DNA of 64,000 nt from Bacteroidales bacterium. GTDB taxonomy: Bacteria; Bacteroidota; Bacteroidia; Bacteroidales; WCHB1-69. The notes beneath the pieces were generated by a model. The model did no database searches. It was not told the DNA's origin and worked only from the letters and a program-made list of their open reading frames with translations. Positions 35,393 through 44,072 of the stretch are shown here, piece after piece; the stretch's first letter is position 1, and each line of letters opens with the position of its first letter. Position numbers and translations under genes: made by a program. The stretch covers positions 208 through 64,207 of the forward strand of contig JAEEKX010000043.1 of assembly GCA_016288655.1 (NCBI GenBank). The letters run 5' to 3'.

Positions 35393-38007
35393 TATAACTT
35401 GATTACCTTTTGGGTCGTCCGTTCTCCTTCCCCGCGCACCTCTATCAAATAGAGACCTGCGGTCCATCCCTCCATGTTGATTACACTTCTACGACCTTCC
35501 ACGGGATATGTTTCAACCAATTTCCCGTGCATGTCATAGACGCGGATCTCGTTGGCCGTGCCATCCAGTGTGACCGTGCATTGGCTGTGGACTGGGTTGG
35601 GGAAGACGGTAAGCCCGATCTCATTCTCCCCGATGCCGACGTTGCCGACCGCAATGCGGTAGTGGACCATGCTGTCGCAGCCAAATTCCGACGTTAATTC
35701 CTTGTCAATAGTGTAAATGTCGTCTTCCAGGGCATAAAAGTCATAATCGCCGATCAGCAGGTGCTCGCCGATAGCCAGCGACGTGTCGATGGTGATGTCG
35801 TATGAAGGATGTAAAGTCAAATGAACCAGTAGGATGCTGTCTTCTCCGTAGGAGCCGGCACCCTCGTAGGTGAAGATGTAGTCGCCGTCGTTGATGAGCA
35901 CTTCGCCCTCGTAGATGAAGGGCGAGCAACCATCAAGGTCGATTTCTCCATATACCACGTCGGAGGGGGCAACGATGCAGGTGTAGTTCACCGTGCTGTC
36001 GCAACCGAAGGCGCTCGGATAGGTGTAGGTGTACGTGAAAGTACCCACCTGCGTGGCAATATGAAGATCCGAGCCAATGTAGAAGATGTCTCCAACCACG
36101 TAGTTGGCCGTAACGTCGATCTCATAGGTCGGGTGAACGATGAGGTTGAGCAGCAGGATGCTGTCGGCGTAGTTGTAGGCGCCGTGGGGGAAGAAGAAAG
36201 AGTAGCAGCCGGAGATGGTGAGCGTCTGGCCGTTGATTTCATAAGGTCCGCACGATTCGACGGTGAGATGCCCGTATGCGGTGTCGAGTTCGACCTCGTT
36301 GACGAAGACGATGGCTTCTGTCCGCTCGCTCTCGCAGACGACGTTGCCGGAGATGACGCGCTCGGAAGCGTAGTAGGCGGTGGTTTGAGTCAGCACGGGA
36401 GTGGTGAAAGTGGCGCCGGTGGCGAGTGGCGTGGTGGCCGTGGCCGACGCATACCACCGCGTGTTGGCAGAACTGGAGGTCAGCGTGGCCGTCTGCCCAG
36501 CCATAATGTGCTGGTCGGACACTTGCGGTGCGGAGACCAGCGGCTGCAGTTGCACGTCGAGCCGCAAGCCCGCCCCGTCGGTGGTGGTGATGTTGAAGGT
36601 CTGCGTCTCATAGCAGTCGGCCGACACCTCCACGGTGTACGAACCGGCCTTGATGGGACGGTAGTAGGTGCCTAACGGCAGGTGCGAATAGACCTCGGAG
36701 TTGAAGTCGTCGTGGCCAACCACCCAGATCTTGGCCTCGTCAATCGGGTCGCCGGTCACCGCATCGGTGACGATACCGCGGAATCCGTAAGAAGACTCCA
36801 TGATGTAACCGAGAAGGGCGTCCTTGCTGTTGGTCCAGTAGGTCGGCAGTTCGCTGGAGGAAGTGCACACCTTGTCGAAGTGCGCCTCTATGGTCACCTC
36901 GCGGCAGTGTTGGTAGTAGTTCATGTAGTCCTGGCGTGATCCGGTGATGACGTACCAGTCGCCGCCTTCGGTCACGGAGCCGCACCCGGGTTGGTAGGCG
37001 GTTTCGCCCACCATATAGGTTGGGTCAACGGCCTGGCAGGCATCGACGTAGTTCTGGCAGACATATTGGAACCAGTTGGCATCGGGGTGGCTGCGTTGCG
37101 CCGAGGTCCAGGAGTCCCACGGGTAGTTGGTGAGTTCCGCGCCGCCGTGGAAGTTGGCCGACATCACGAAGTGCTTGTCCTCCACCCAGTTCATGTAGGC
37201 CTGGCTCTCGGGCTGCACGTTCGCGCTGCCCGACACGCCCGGAAGGAACGGATAGTTGCGGTTCATGTCAACATTGTTGTAGTTGTATCGGCGGGAATAG
37301 TTGGAACTGATTTGCGTGTCGCTGGTGTAGTAGGTGCCGTCGGGGTTCTCAAGCGGGCAGATCCACAGGTCGATGTTGTTGAGCACGGCGGCTACGGCGG
37401 GATCCGTCGGGTTGTTGAGGATGTAGTCGATGAGACGCAGCATCATGTAGTAGCAAACCACCTCGTCGCCGTGCATGGTGGAGGTGTAGAGGAAGGCAGG
37501 CTTGTCGGTCGCCTGTCCGAGCGTATTGCTGATGTGGACGGCTAAGATGGAGTGGTGGTTGGAATGCGGGGTGTCCTCGAGAATCGTGTCGAGGCGGCAG
37601 ATATCAGGGTGTTGCGCGGCGAAGTTCTGCATCAACTGCACATAGACGGCATAGGAGGGGTACTTGTTCCAGTTGGTGGTGAAGTCGTTGATGTCGGTGG
37701 TGACCATGCTGCTGGGCGGGCGCTCTGGCGTGATGATCTCAAAGGGCAGTTGGCGGGCGAGAAAACCTTCATACTCGTGGCGCCCCAAAGCCACGCGCAC
37801 TTTGTACATTCCCGTGCGCTCGTCGCGGGTGTACCCATCTACCGAAAAGCCGAGCGACAACTCGTTGATGGCATCCTTGCTGTCGAGCCAAGTGTTGATG
37901 TACAGGAAATCACGCGCTTCGTTGCGCAGGTCGTCGGGCGTGTTCTGTGCCCAAACCGACATGCCTGCAAAGAGGCAAATGCACAAAAAGGTAAAGATTT
38001 TTTTCAT
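35392..38007 (-). CDS. T9SS-secreted M14-family zinc carboxypeptidase
   Basis: Start at ATG 38007 (signal peptide MKKIFTFLCICLFAGMSVWAQ). M14 motifs HGDEVV, NRNYPF, NFHGGAE. Duplicated ~107-aa GCDS/HP modules. T9SS CTD FPNPVHSQCTVTL...GLYLIEVRGEGERTTQKVIKL. Confidence 0.88.
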   Translation of the reverse strand: MKKIFTFLCICLFAGMSVWAQNTPDDLRNEARDFLYINTWLDSKDAINELSLGFSVDGYTRDERTGMYKVRVALGRHEYEGFLARQLPFEIITPERPPSSMVTTDINDFTTNWNKYPSYAVYVQLMQNFAAQHPDICRLDTILEDTPHSNHHSILAVHISNTLGQATDKPAFLYTSTMHGDEVVCYYMMLRLIDYILNNPTDPAVAAVLNNIDLWICPLENPDGTYYTSDTQISSNYSRRYNYNNVDMNRNYPFLPGVSGSANVQPESQAYMNWVEDKHFVMSANFHGGAELTNYPWDSWTSAQRSHPDANWFQYVCQNYVDACQAVDPTYMVGETAYQPGCGSVTEGGDWYVITGSRQDYMNYYQHCREVTIEAHFDKVCTSSSELPTYWTNSKDALLGYIMESSYGFRGIVTDAVTGDPIDEAKIWVVGHDDFNSEVYSHLPLGTYYRPIKAGSYTVEVSADCYETQTFNITTTDGAGLRLDVQLQPLVSAPQVSDQHIMAGQTATLTSSSANTRWYASATATTPLATGATFTTPVLTQTTAYYASERVISGNVVCESERTEAIVFVNEVELDTAYGHLTVESCGPYEINGQTLTISGCYSFFFPHGAYNYADSILLLNLIVHPTYEIDVTANYVVGDIFYIGSDLHIATQVGTFTYTYTYPSAFGCDSTVNYTCIVAPSDVVYGEIDLDGCSPFIYEGEVLINDGDYIFTYEGAGSYGEDSILLVHLTLHPSYDITIDTSLAIGEHLLIGDYDFYALEDDIYTIDKELTSEFGCDSMVHYRIAVGNVGIGENEIGLTVFPNPVHSQCTVTLDGTANEIRVYDMHGKLVETYPVEGRRSVINMEGWTAGLYLIEVRGEGERTTQKVIKL

Positions 38008-38023
38008 ATTGGGTTGGAATTTT

Positions 38024-38899
38024 TTAGACGGAAAGAAGTTCCCGAAATTGGTCGATGAGTTTGTCGGAGACGGGCACTTGAGGAAGGCGGAGGATATTTT
38101 GGATTTTGCCTTGTAGCGACAGCAGGGCCTTGATTCCGCCGGGGTTGCCCTCGCGGAAGCAGGCCTGGGTGAAGTCGAGCAGGCGGAGGTGGAGTTTCTG
38201 GGCACTGTAGAAATCGTTGGCGCGGGCGAAGCGCACCATCGTGCTCACCTCTTTCGGAAAAGCGTTGGCAACCACGGAGATGACACCGTCGGCACCCGCG
38301 GCCAACAACGGCAGCGTGATGGCATCGTCGCCCGAGATCACGGAAAATCCTTCCGGCTTGTGGGCGATGATCCGCATGATCTGGTTCATGAACCCCGATG
38401 CCTCCTTGACCGCCACGATATTGGGGCAGTCGGCGGCGAGGCGGAGCGTCGTGTCGGCTTCGATGTTGCATCCGGTGCGTCCAGGCACGTTGTAAAGGAT
38501 CAAGGGAAGGGGAGTGTTCTGGGCTAAGGTTTTATAGTGTTGATATACACCATTTTGCGATGGCTTGTTGTAGAAAGGCGTTACGGAAAGAATGGCATCC
38601 ACGCCCGTGAAGTCGCAGGTGTGCAACTGGTGGACCAACCCCATCGTGTCGGGACCGCCCACGCCGCGGACTACGCCCACACGTCCGGCATTCTTCGAAA
38701 CGACGCATCGCACGATCTCGTCCTTCTCCTCTTCCGAAAGCGTCGGTACCTCGCTGGTGGTACACACCGTCACGAGATAGTCAACACCCTGGTTGATAAG
38801 GTCTTCTACTAAATTTTGCAGACTGTCGAAATCTACTTTTCCATCGGGGAGAAAAGGTGTTACCAATGCGACGCCAGTCCCTTTCAAACGGTTTATCAT
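38024..38899 (-). CDS. dapA: 4-hydroxy-tetrahydrodipicolinate synthase
   Basis: 291-aa ORF with DapA-family N-terminus GTGVALVTPF and TTSE motif. ATGA overlap with the upstream ORF. Confidence 0.95.
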   Translation of the reverse strand: MINRLKGTGVALVTPFLPDGKVDFDSLQNLVEDLINQGVDYLVTVCTTSEVPTLSEEEKDEIVRCVVSKNAGRVGVVRGVGGPDTMGLVHQLHTCDFTGVDAILSVTPFYNKPSQNGVYQHYKTLAQNTPLPLILYNVPGRTGCNIEADTTLRLAADCPNIVAVKEASGFMNQIMRIIAHKPEGFSVISGDDAITLPLLAAGADGVISVVANAFPKEVSTMVRFARANDFYSAQKLHLRLLDFTQACFREGNPGGIKALLSLQGKIQNILRLPQVPVSDKLIDQFRELLSV

Positions 38900-39432
38900 G
38901 ACTGTTTCCCTGCTAGTTGATTTGTATAATGAGTGATGTTCTTGAGTAATTCCATGTTGGAAATGGTGTGTTCGGATTGGATGAGCAAATCGTAGAATTC
39001 CACGTTTTGTTTCTCGGAACCGATGATGAATTTGGCCGGCGACAAGCTCATAATGAGGCGGATAGGATCAAATACATCGTGCGAAAAGTCAATCAACACG
39101 TCAAAATCGGTGTTGATGAAATCGTGAATCTGCACCTTCTCCGGCTTGCCGTACCAGTTGAGGTCCTTGTTGCAGAAATAGTCGGCCGAAAGTTGCTGCA
39201 GACAGTAGAAAGGAATGGCCTTGTCGTCGATATAGCCCATGAGCCAGACGGAACGTTTTGCACTCTGGAGGTGCGAAAAAACGGCGTAAATGTCCTTGTA
39301 AGAGTCTTCTGTGGTGATGTTGCAAAGGATTCCTACGTTCTTGGCATCCCGCAAGGAAATCACTTCCGGCTTTCTAACGTTCTTGTTATCAGCAATATAT
39401 CTTTTCAGAAAAAATCTTTGGATAAAATTCAT
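38896..39432 (-). CDS. Conserved hypothetical protein upstream of dapA
   Basis: 178-aa ORF with no recognisable motif. Translationally coupled to dapA by a 4-nt overlap. Confidence 0.65.
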   Translation of the reverse strand: MNFIQRFFLKRYIADNKNVRKPEVISLRDAKNVGILCNITTEDSYKDIYAVFSHLQSAKRSVWLMGYIDDKAIPFYCLQQLSADYFCNKDLNWYGKPEKVQIHDFINTDFDVLIDFSHDVFDPIRLIMSLSPAKFIIGSEKQNVEFYDLLIQSEHTISNMELLKNITHYTNQLAGKQS

Positions 39433-39465
39433 TTTCTGTTTTTTTACATCATGTATTTAAAACTG

Positions 39466-39473
39466 CAAAAGTA
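39466..39473 (-). promoter_or_regulatory. Bacteroidota sigma-A -7 box (TAnnTTTG)
   Basis: TACTTTTG on the minus strand, 34 nt upstream of ATG 39432. Confidence 0.6.
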
Positions 39474-39518
39474 ATCATTTTTTTTATTTTTTGGATGAAT
39501 AATGAGGAAATAATGTTG

Positions 39519-39526
39519 TAATTTTG
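39519..39526 (+). promoter_or_regulatory. Bacteroidota sigma-A -7 box (TAnnTTTG)
   Basis: TAATTTTG, 24 nt upstream of ATG 39550. Confidence 0.65.
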
Positions 39527-39549
39527 CGCCTCTTTTTTTCAAATCTTCA

Positions 39550-40707
39550 ATGGAGACAGAAAATATACAAAAAACTGAGAAAAAATCCTTTTTCAGGTCG
39601 TGGAAAACACTCAAGGTCAGGTCGAAAATCTACCAAATTTTCGTACACCTGTTCGCGCTGATGGCATTGGGCATGATCGGCGCGTGGGCAATCTATAAAA
39701 TCGGTTTGACCAATGATGAGGGAAGCGTCGATCCGCACAATCGCTACCTCGCCGACTACAAGTCGATGGGGGCGCTGACGGATTCTTCCAAGATTTACGA
39801 TGCCAAATTGCAGAATTACATCGACTTGGCGATCCTCAATCGCGTTTTTCCCACCAATGCGCACCTCATTTACGAGGCCTGCCACGAGGGCACCGATCCC
39901 GAGCGCGTGAACCAGATGATTTACGCCTGCAACATGTACTTGCAGGAGACTGACAACGGCAAGCGCTTTGAGGAGATGCGCAAGGAGGTGAACAGTCTGC
40001 TGGCGCGCTATCCCGCCTCCACCTCCACCGACAACGCCATCCCGTGGATGAACGACCCGGGTTGGCCGGCCTTGAAACGGGCCATGGTCAATGATGCCGA
40101 CAAGATCCGCAAGGCCGCCGAGATCACCGGTGTCGATGCCCGCCTCATTGCCGCCTGCACCGTCGGCGAGCAGATCCGCCTTTTCAACTCCCACCGCGAG
40201 GACGTGAAACGCTACCTCGGCCCCGCCATCATGAGTGTGCAGTCGCAGTTCTCTCTCGGCGTCAACGGCATCAAGGACTTTACCGCCGCCGCCGTGGAAG
40301 CCCACCTAAAAGATCCCACATCAGTCTATTACATGGGAGAAGAGTACGAGCACATCCTCGATTACGACACCGCCCAAATGCATGACATCACCAATGCGCG
40401 TTTCAACCGTCTGGTTGATTACCACAACCACCTCTACTCCTTCATCTATACGGGATGTATCCTTCACCAAACCATGTTGCAGTGGAAACGCGCCGGCTAC
40501 GACATCTCCGACCGTCCCGACGTGCTCTGCACCCTCTTCAATCTCGGCTTCGTCGCCTCCAAGCCCAACCCGGAACCCCGTTGCGGCGGCTCCCACGTCT
40601 CCGTCGGCGGCCGCATCTATACCTTCGGCGTCCTCGGAAACGACTTCTTCTACTCCGGCGAACTCTCCGACGAGTTCCCCATGCCCACCAAAATCTTCCG
40701 GGATTGA
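39550..40707 (+). CDS. Membrane-anchored hypothetical protein
   Basis: 385-aa ORF with an N-terminal TM helix (IFVHLFALMALGMIGAWAIY). No family recognised. Weak lysozyme-like hints only (VGEQIR, SLGVNGIK). Confidence 0.65.
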   Translation: METENIQKTEKKSFFRSWKTLKVRSKIYQIFVHLFALMALGMIGAWAIYKIGLTNDEGSVDPHNRYLADYKSMGALTDSSKIYDAKLQNYIDLAILNRVFPTNAHLIYEACHEGTDPERVNQMIYACNMYLQETDNGKRFEEMRKEVNSLLARYPASTSTDNAIPWMNDPGWPALKRAMVNDADKIRKAAEITGVDARLIAACTVGEQIRLFNSHREDVKRYLGPAIMSVQSQFSLGVNGIKDFTAAAVEAHLKDPTSVYYMGEEYEHILDYDTAQMHDITNARFNRLVDYHNHLYSFIYTGCILHQTMLQWKRAGYDISDRPDVLCTLFNLGFVASKPNPEPRCGGSHVSVGGRIYTFGVLGNDFFYSGELSDEFPMPTKIFRD

Positions 40708-40778
40708 GCGGTCAGGTATCCACATCCGACGTTTCGTAAAACTCATTTTCACCTGGCTTGAAAGTCAGGAAAAATATG

Positions 40779-40786
40779 TACATTTG
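40779..40786 (+). promoter_or_regulatory. Bacteroidota sigma-A -7 box (TAnnTTTG)
   Basis: TACATTTG, 57 nt upstream of ATG 40843. Confidence 0.55.
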
Positions 40787-40842
40787 CACCCTCGAAAATT
40801 ATAACTGTTTATCAATCATAATCATCAAAAAAACACTCCATC

Positions 40843-42075
40843 ATGGCACTTATTTCGAACAGAGTTAGCAGTATGGCCCAATCCGAAACTTTGGCGATGA
40901 CCCAAATCGCCCGCGAGTTGAAAGAGGCCGGCAAAGACGTCATCAGCTTGAGCATCGGCGAACCCGACTTCAACACCCCCGAGGAGGTGAAGGAGGCCGC
41001 CAAGCAAGCCATTGACGAAAACTGGACCCACTATCCGCCAGTACCCGGTTATCCCGAACTCAAGAAAGCCATCTGCGCCAAGTTCAAAAGAGACAACAAC
41101 CTCGACTATACCCCCGATCAGATTGTGGTCTCTACTGGTGCAAAACAGTCTTTGTACCAAGTAGTTATGGCCACAATTGACCCTGAAGACGAGGTCATCA
41201 TCCCCGCTCCTTTCTGGGTCTCCTACAAGGCGATCGTGCAACTCGCCGAGGGCAAGTCGGTCTATATCCAGACCCGTCTGGAAGACGATTTCAAGGTGAC
41301 GCCTGCGCAACTCCGCGCCGCCATCACCCCGAAGACCAAGATGTTGATTTTCAGCAGCCCGTCCAATCCTACCGGCATGCTCTACTCCCACGACGAGTTG
41401 AAGGCCCTGGCCGAGGTGCTGCGCGAATACCCCGACATCCTCGTCGTCGCCGATGAGATCTACGAGCACATCAACTTTGAGGGGCATCACGAGAGCATGG
41501 CCCAGTTCGATTGGATGAAGGAGCGCACCATCACCGTCAACGGCGTGGCCAAGGGCTTCGCCATGACCGGCTGGCGTATCGGCTTCATCGGCGCGCCCGT
41601 CGCCATCGCCAAGGCGTGCAACAAGTTGCAAGGCCAGGTGACTTCCGCCACCTGCTCCATCGCGCAACGCGCCACCATCAAGGCCATGGAGATGGATCCC
41701 CGCACTTCGCAGGATATCATCCGGATGCGCGAGATTTTCCGCACCCGCCGCGACATGGTCTATGAACTCCTGCAGCAGGTGCCCGGCTTCAAGGTCCGCC
41801 TGCCCAAGGGCGCCTTCTACTTCTTCCCCGAAGTCTGCTCGCTCTACGGCAAGCACGTGCCCGCCGCCTCTATCTTCGCCCAGAAGTACCACAAGACCAC
41901 CATCGACAACTCCACCGACCTCTGCATGTACATCCTCTATGATGCGAATGTGGCTTTGGTACAGGGTGTTGCCTTCGGCGATGACCGCTGCGTCCGTCTC
42001 TCCTACGCCACTTCCGAGGAGAAACTCCGCGAGGCCGTCCGCAGAATCAAGGTCGCCGTGGAGGCCATGAACTAA
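40843..42075 (+). CDS. aspC: Aspartate/aromatic aminotransferase (class I PLP aminotransferase)
   Basis: 410-aa ORF. Motifs SIGEPDF and SPSNPTG, and the PLP-lysine segment NGVAKGFAMTGWRIG. Confidence 0.9.
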   Translation: MALISNRVSSMAQSETLAMTQIARELKEAGKDVISLSIGEPDFNTPEEVKEAAKQAIDENWTHYPPVPGYPELKKAICAKFKRDNNLDYTPDQIVVSTGAKQSLYQVVMATIDPEDEVIIPAPFWVSYKAIVQLAEGKSVYIQTRLEDDFKVTPAQLRAAITPKTKMLIFSSPSNPTGMLYSHDELKALAEVLREYPDILVVADEIYEHINFEGHHESMAQFDWMKERTITVNGVAKGFAMTGWRIGFIGAPVAIAKACNKLQGQVTSATCSIAQRATIKAMEMDPRTSQDIIRMREIFRTRRDMVYELLQQVPGFKVRLPKGAFYFFPEVCSLYGKHVPAASIFAQKYHKTTIDNSTDLCMYILYDANVALVQGVAFGDDRCVRLSYATSEEKLREAVRRIKVAVEAMN

Positions 42076-42093
42076 GAACCAATCCCGAAAACT

Positions 42094-43002
42094 GTGGCAC
42101 TTTTCACCAAATGGCGGGAATTTTGGAAGCGCGTTCGCGACAACTGGAGCGTCAAGTTCCAGTTGGCTGTCCGCAACGAACGCACCGGGCGCGACAGTTT
42201 TTCGTTCCGGCTCAGTCCGCGTAATGTCTTCGTCACCGTGATGTTGACGGCCGTGGCGCTCATTGCCCTCACCGCCGTCATCATCGCCTTTACGCCACTC
42301 CGCTACTACATTCCCGGCTACACCACTCCCGACGAACGGAGAAAGTACGAGGCGTTGTCGAAAGAGATGGAGGATTTACAGGCGCAATATGCTAAGAATG
42401 AGCAGTATATGGTGCACATGGAGCGTGTTCTCGACGAGACTTTCATGGATACCATGGGCCAGGCACCGGAGCAAGCTCAGGCATTGGAGGGAGAAGCCGC
42501 GCTGGTCGAGGCCGCCGAGCCGTCGGAAAGCGAGATGACCCTCCGCGAAGAGGCCGGCGACCTCTTGCAGGCCGTCGCCAATCGCCAGTACAGCGACGCG
42601 ATCACCGTCAACCAACGCGCTGACATCCAGAACCTTTTCCTGCTGTCTCCCACCACCGGCACCATTGTCACCGCTTACAGCGTCGCCCAAAACCAGTACG
42701 GCATCGACGTCGCCAACCACGCCGGCACACTCGTCACCGCCGCCGCCGACGGCATGGTCATCTTCTCCGGCTACGACGCCTACGACGGCAACGTCATTAT
42801 CCTCCAACATCACGACAACGTGTTGACCATCTATAAGCACAACCGCGTGCTGCTCAAGGACAAAGGCGCGAAAGTCACCGCCGGCGAGCCCATCGCCACC
42901 ATGGGACATAGCGGCATTTCCGACAAGGGCGACCACCTCCACTTCGAACTGTGGCACAACGGTTTCCCCCTTAATCCCTTGGATTACTTGACCTTAAAAT
43001 GA
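42094..43002 (+). CDS. M23-family metallopeptidase (membrane-anchored)
   Basis: GTG start 18 nt after the aspC stop, with no earlier in-frame ATG. TM helix, coiled linker, and LytM motifs GIDVANHAG and GDHLHFELW. Confidence 0.87.
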   Translation: MALFTKWREFWKRVRDNWSVKFQLAVRNERTGRDSFSFRLSPRNVFVTVMLTAVALIALTAVIIAFTPLRYYIPGYTTPDERRKYEALSKEMEDLQAQYAKNEQYMVHMERVLDETFMDTMGQAPEQAQALEGEAALVEAAEPSESEMTLREEAGDLLQAVANRQYSDAITVNQRADIQNLFLLSPTTGTIVTAYSVAQNQYGIDVANHAGTLVTAAADGMVIFSGYDAYDGNVIILQHHDNVLTIYKHNRVLLKDKGAKVTAGEPIATMGHSGISDKGDHLHFELWHNGFPLNPLDYLTLK

Positions 43003-43016
43003 TTTTTTAACCCGAT

Positions 43017-43697
43017 ATGAGTACAGACCATTCAAGAATTTGTCAACTGCTGATTAACAAAGGCGAACTGAAGCAGCAAATCTACACCAGTACGCTCGAA
43101 ACCATGGAACTCTTCAAGGAGTGCGCCAAGGAGTTTGAGGACTATTATGAGGAAAACTACGCCGAGCAACACCCGCGGGTGACCGTCGATTACAACGGCA
43201 AAAACCTCCACGAGTTCAAACTCAAGTTCGCTGGTGACGTGCTTATCTTCCTGATGCACACCAACATCTTCGAGTTTCCCCGCGACCACGAGGTGATGAA
43301 GACGCCTTACATTAAGGAAGACAAGACCCGTTCCTACTGCGGCGTCATCCACATCTTCAACTTCCTCGCCGACTCCTTCCGATACAACCGCATCAACGAC
43401 AGCGGTTACATGATCGGCCGTATTTTCATCAACAAGGATAAGCATTTCTACGTGGAGGGAAAGCACGAACTCGCCACCGTGCTCAACAACTTCAACGACA
43501 AGGAACTCGACCGCGATGCCGTCGTCGAAATCCTCCAGTCAGCCATCGAATATACCGTCAATTTCGACCTTTTGGTGCCGGAATATTCCAATTTGGTGGA
43601 GATTTCCGTGAACGATATCCTTCAAATTGAAGATCAGAACATGATCCTGAAGACAGGTAAACGCCTGGGTTTCAGGTTTGAACCCGATAGAGCGTAG
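43017..43697 (+). CDS. Conserved hypothetical cytoplasmic protein
   Basis: 226-aa ORF with an ATG 14 nt after the M23 stop. No recognisable motif. Confidence 0.65.
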   Translation: MSTDHSRICQLLINKGELKQQIYTSTLETMELFKECAKEFEDYYEENYAEQHPRVTVDYNGKNLHEFKLKFAGDVLIFLMHTNIFEFPRDHEVMKTPYIKEDKTRSYCGVIHIFNFLADSFRYNRINDSGYMIGRIFINKDKHFYVEGKHELATVLNNFNDKELDRDAVVEILQSAIEYTVNFDLLVPEYSNLVEISVNDILQIEDQNMILKTGKRLGFRFEPDRA

Positions 43698-43745
43698 TCA
43701 AAAAAATTTTTTTTCAAAAAAAGATTTTTGTAACGAAAAAAGTTG

Positions 43746-43753
43746 TATTTTTG
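43746..43753 (+). promoter_or_regulatory. Bacteroidota sigma-A -7 box (TAnnTTTG)
   Basis: TATTTTTG, 19 nt upstream of tRNA-Glu. Confidence 0.6.
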
Positions 43754-43771
43754 CCGCTCTATTTGAGGAAT

Positions 43772-43846
43772 GCTGGATTCGTCTAGTTGGCCCAGGACGT
43801 CAGGTTTTCATCCTGAAAATCGGGGGTTCGAATCCCCCATCCAGTA
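43772..43846 (+). tRNA. tRNA-Glu (anticodon UUC)
   Basis: Manual fold. Acceptor GCTGGAT/ATCCAGT (G1.U72), D-arm GTC/GAC, anticodon stem TCAGG/CCTGA with loop TTTTCAT, T-arm GGGGGTTCGAATCCCCC. CCA is not encoded. Confidence 0.88.
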
Positions 43847-43858
43847 CATAAATTATCA

Positions 43859-43888
43859 AGCAGTTATGACAAATGACTGCTTTTTTTG
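43859..43888 (+). terminator. Rho-independent terminator after tRNA-Glu
   Basis: AGCAGT(TA)-TGACAAA-(TG)ACTGCT followed by TTTTTTTG. Confidence 0.75.
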
Positions 43889-43911
43889 TTTTTACCCCCA
43901 TCTGCCAACGC

Positions 43912-43924
43912 TGACATTTTGTCA
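43912..43924. promoter_or_regulatory. Palindrome TGACA-TTT-TGTCA, candidate enhancer-binding-protein site
   Basis: Perfect 5+5 palindrome, about 70-80 nt upstream of the -24 element at 43991. Confidence 0.3.
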
Positions 43925-43990
43925 CTTTTCCCCGATTTGTCTGTGAAAAACAGCAGAAAAGAGGGCTCATTTTCAGTGGTTTTCCAACTT

Positions 43991-44006
43991 TGGCACGATG
44001 ATTGCT
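43991..44006 (+). promoter_or_regulatory. Candidate sigma-54 (-24/-12) promoter upstream of dnaK
   Basis: TGGCACGATGATTGCT matches the consensus TGGCACG-N4-TTGCW exactly, with GG-N10-GC spacing. It lies 67 nt upstream of the dnaK ATG. No TAnnTTTG box occurs between the tRNA-Glu terminator and dnaK. Confidence 0.55.
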
Positions 44007-44072
44007 GCTTATGAGGGTGTCTTGCAAAGTGTCAAGACAAAACCGAATTAGAAAATCAAAAAACATACAATC

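Noticed and set aside
44018-44039. The inverted repeat upstream of dnaK read as a CIRCE/HrcA operator.
   Set aside because: The sequence TGTCTTG-N8-CAAGACA does not resemble the CIRCE consensus TTAGCACTC-N9-GAGTGCTAA. I kept it only as a possible 5'-UTR hairpin.
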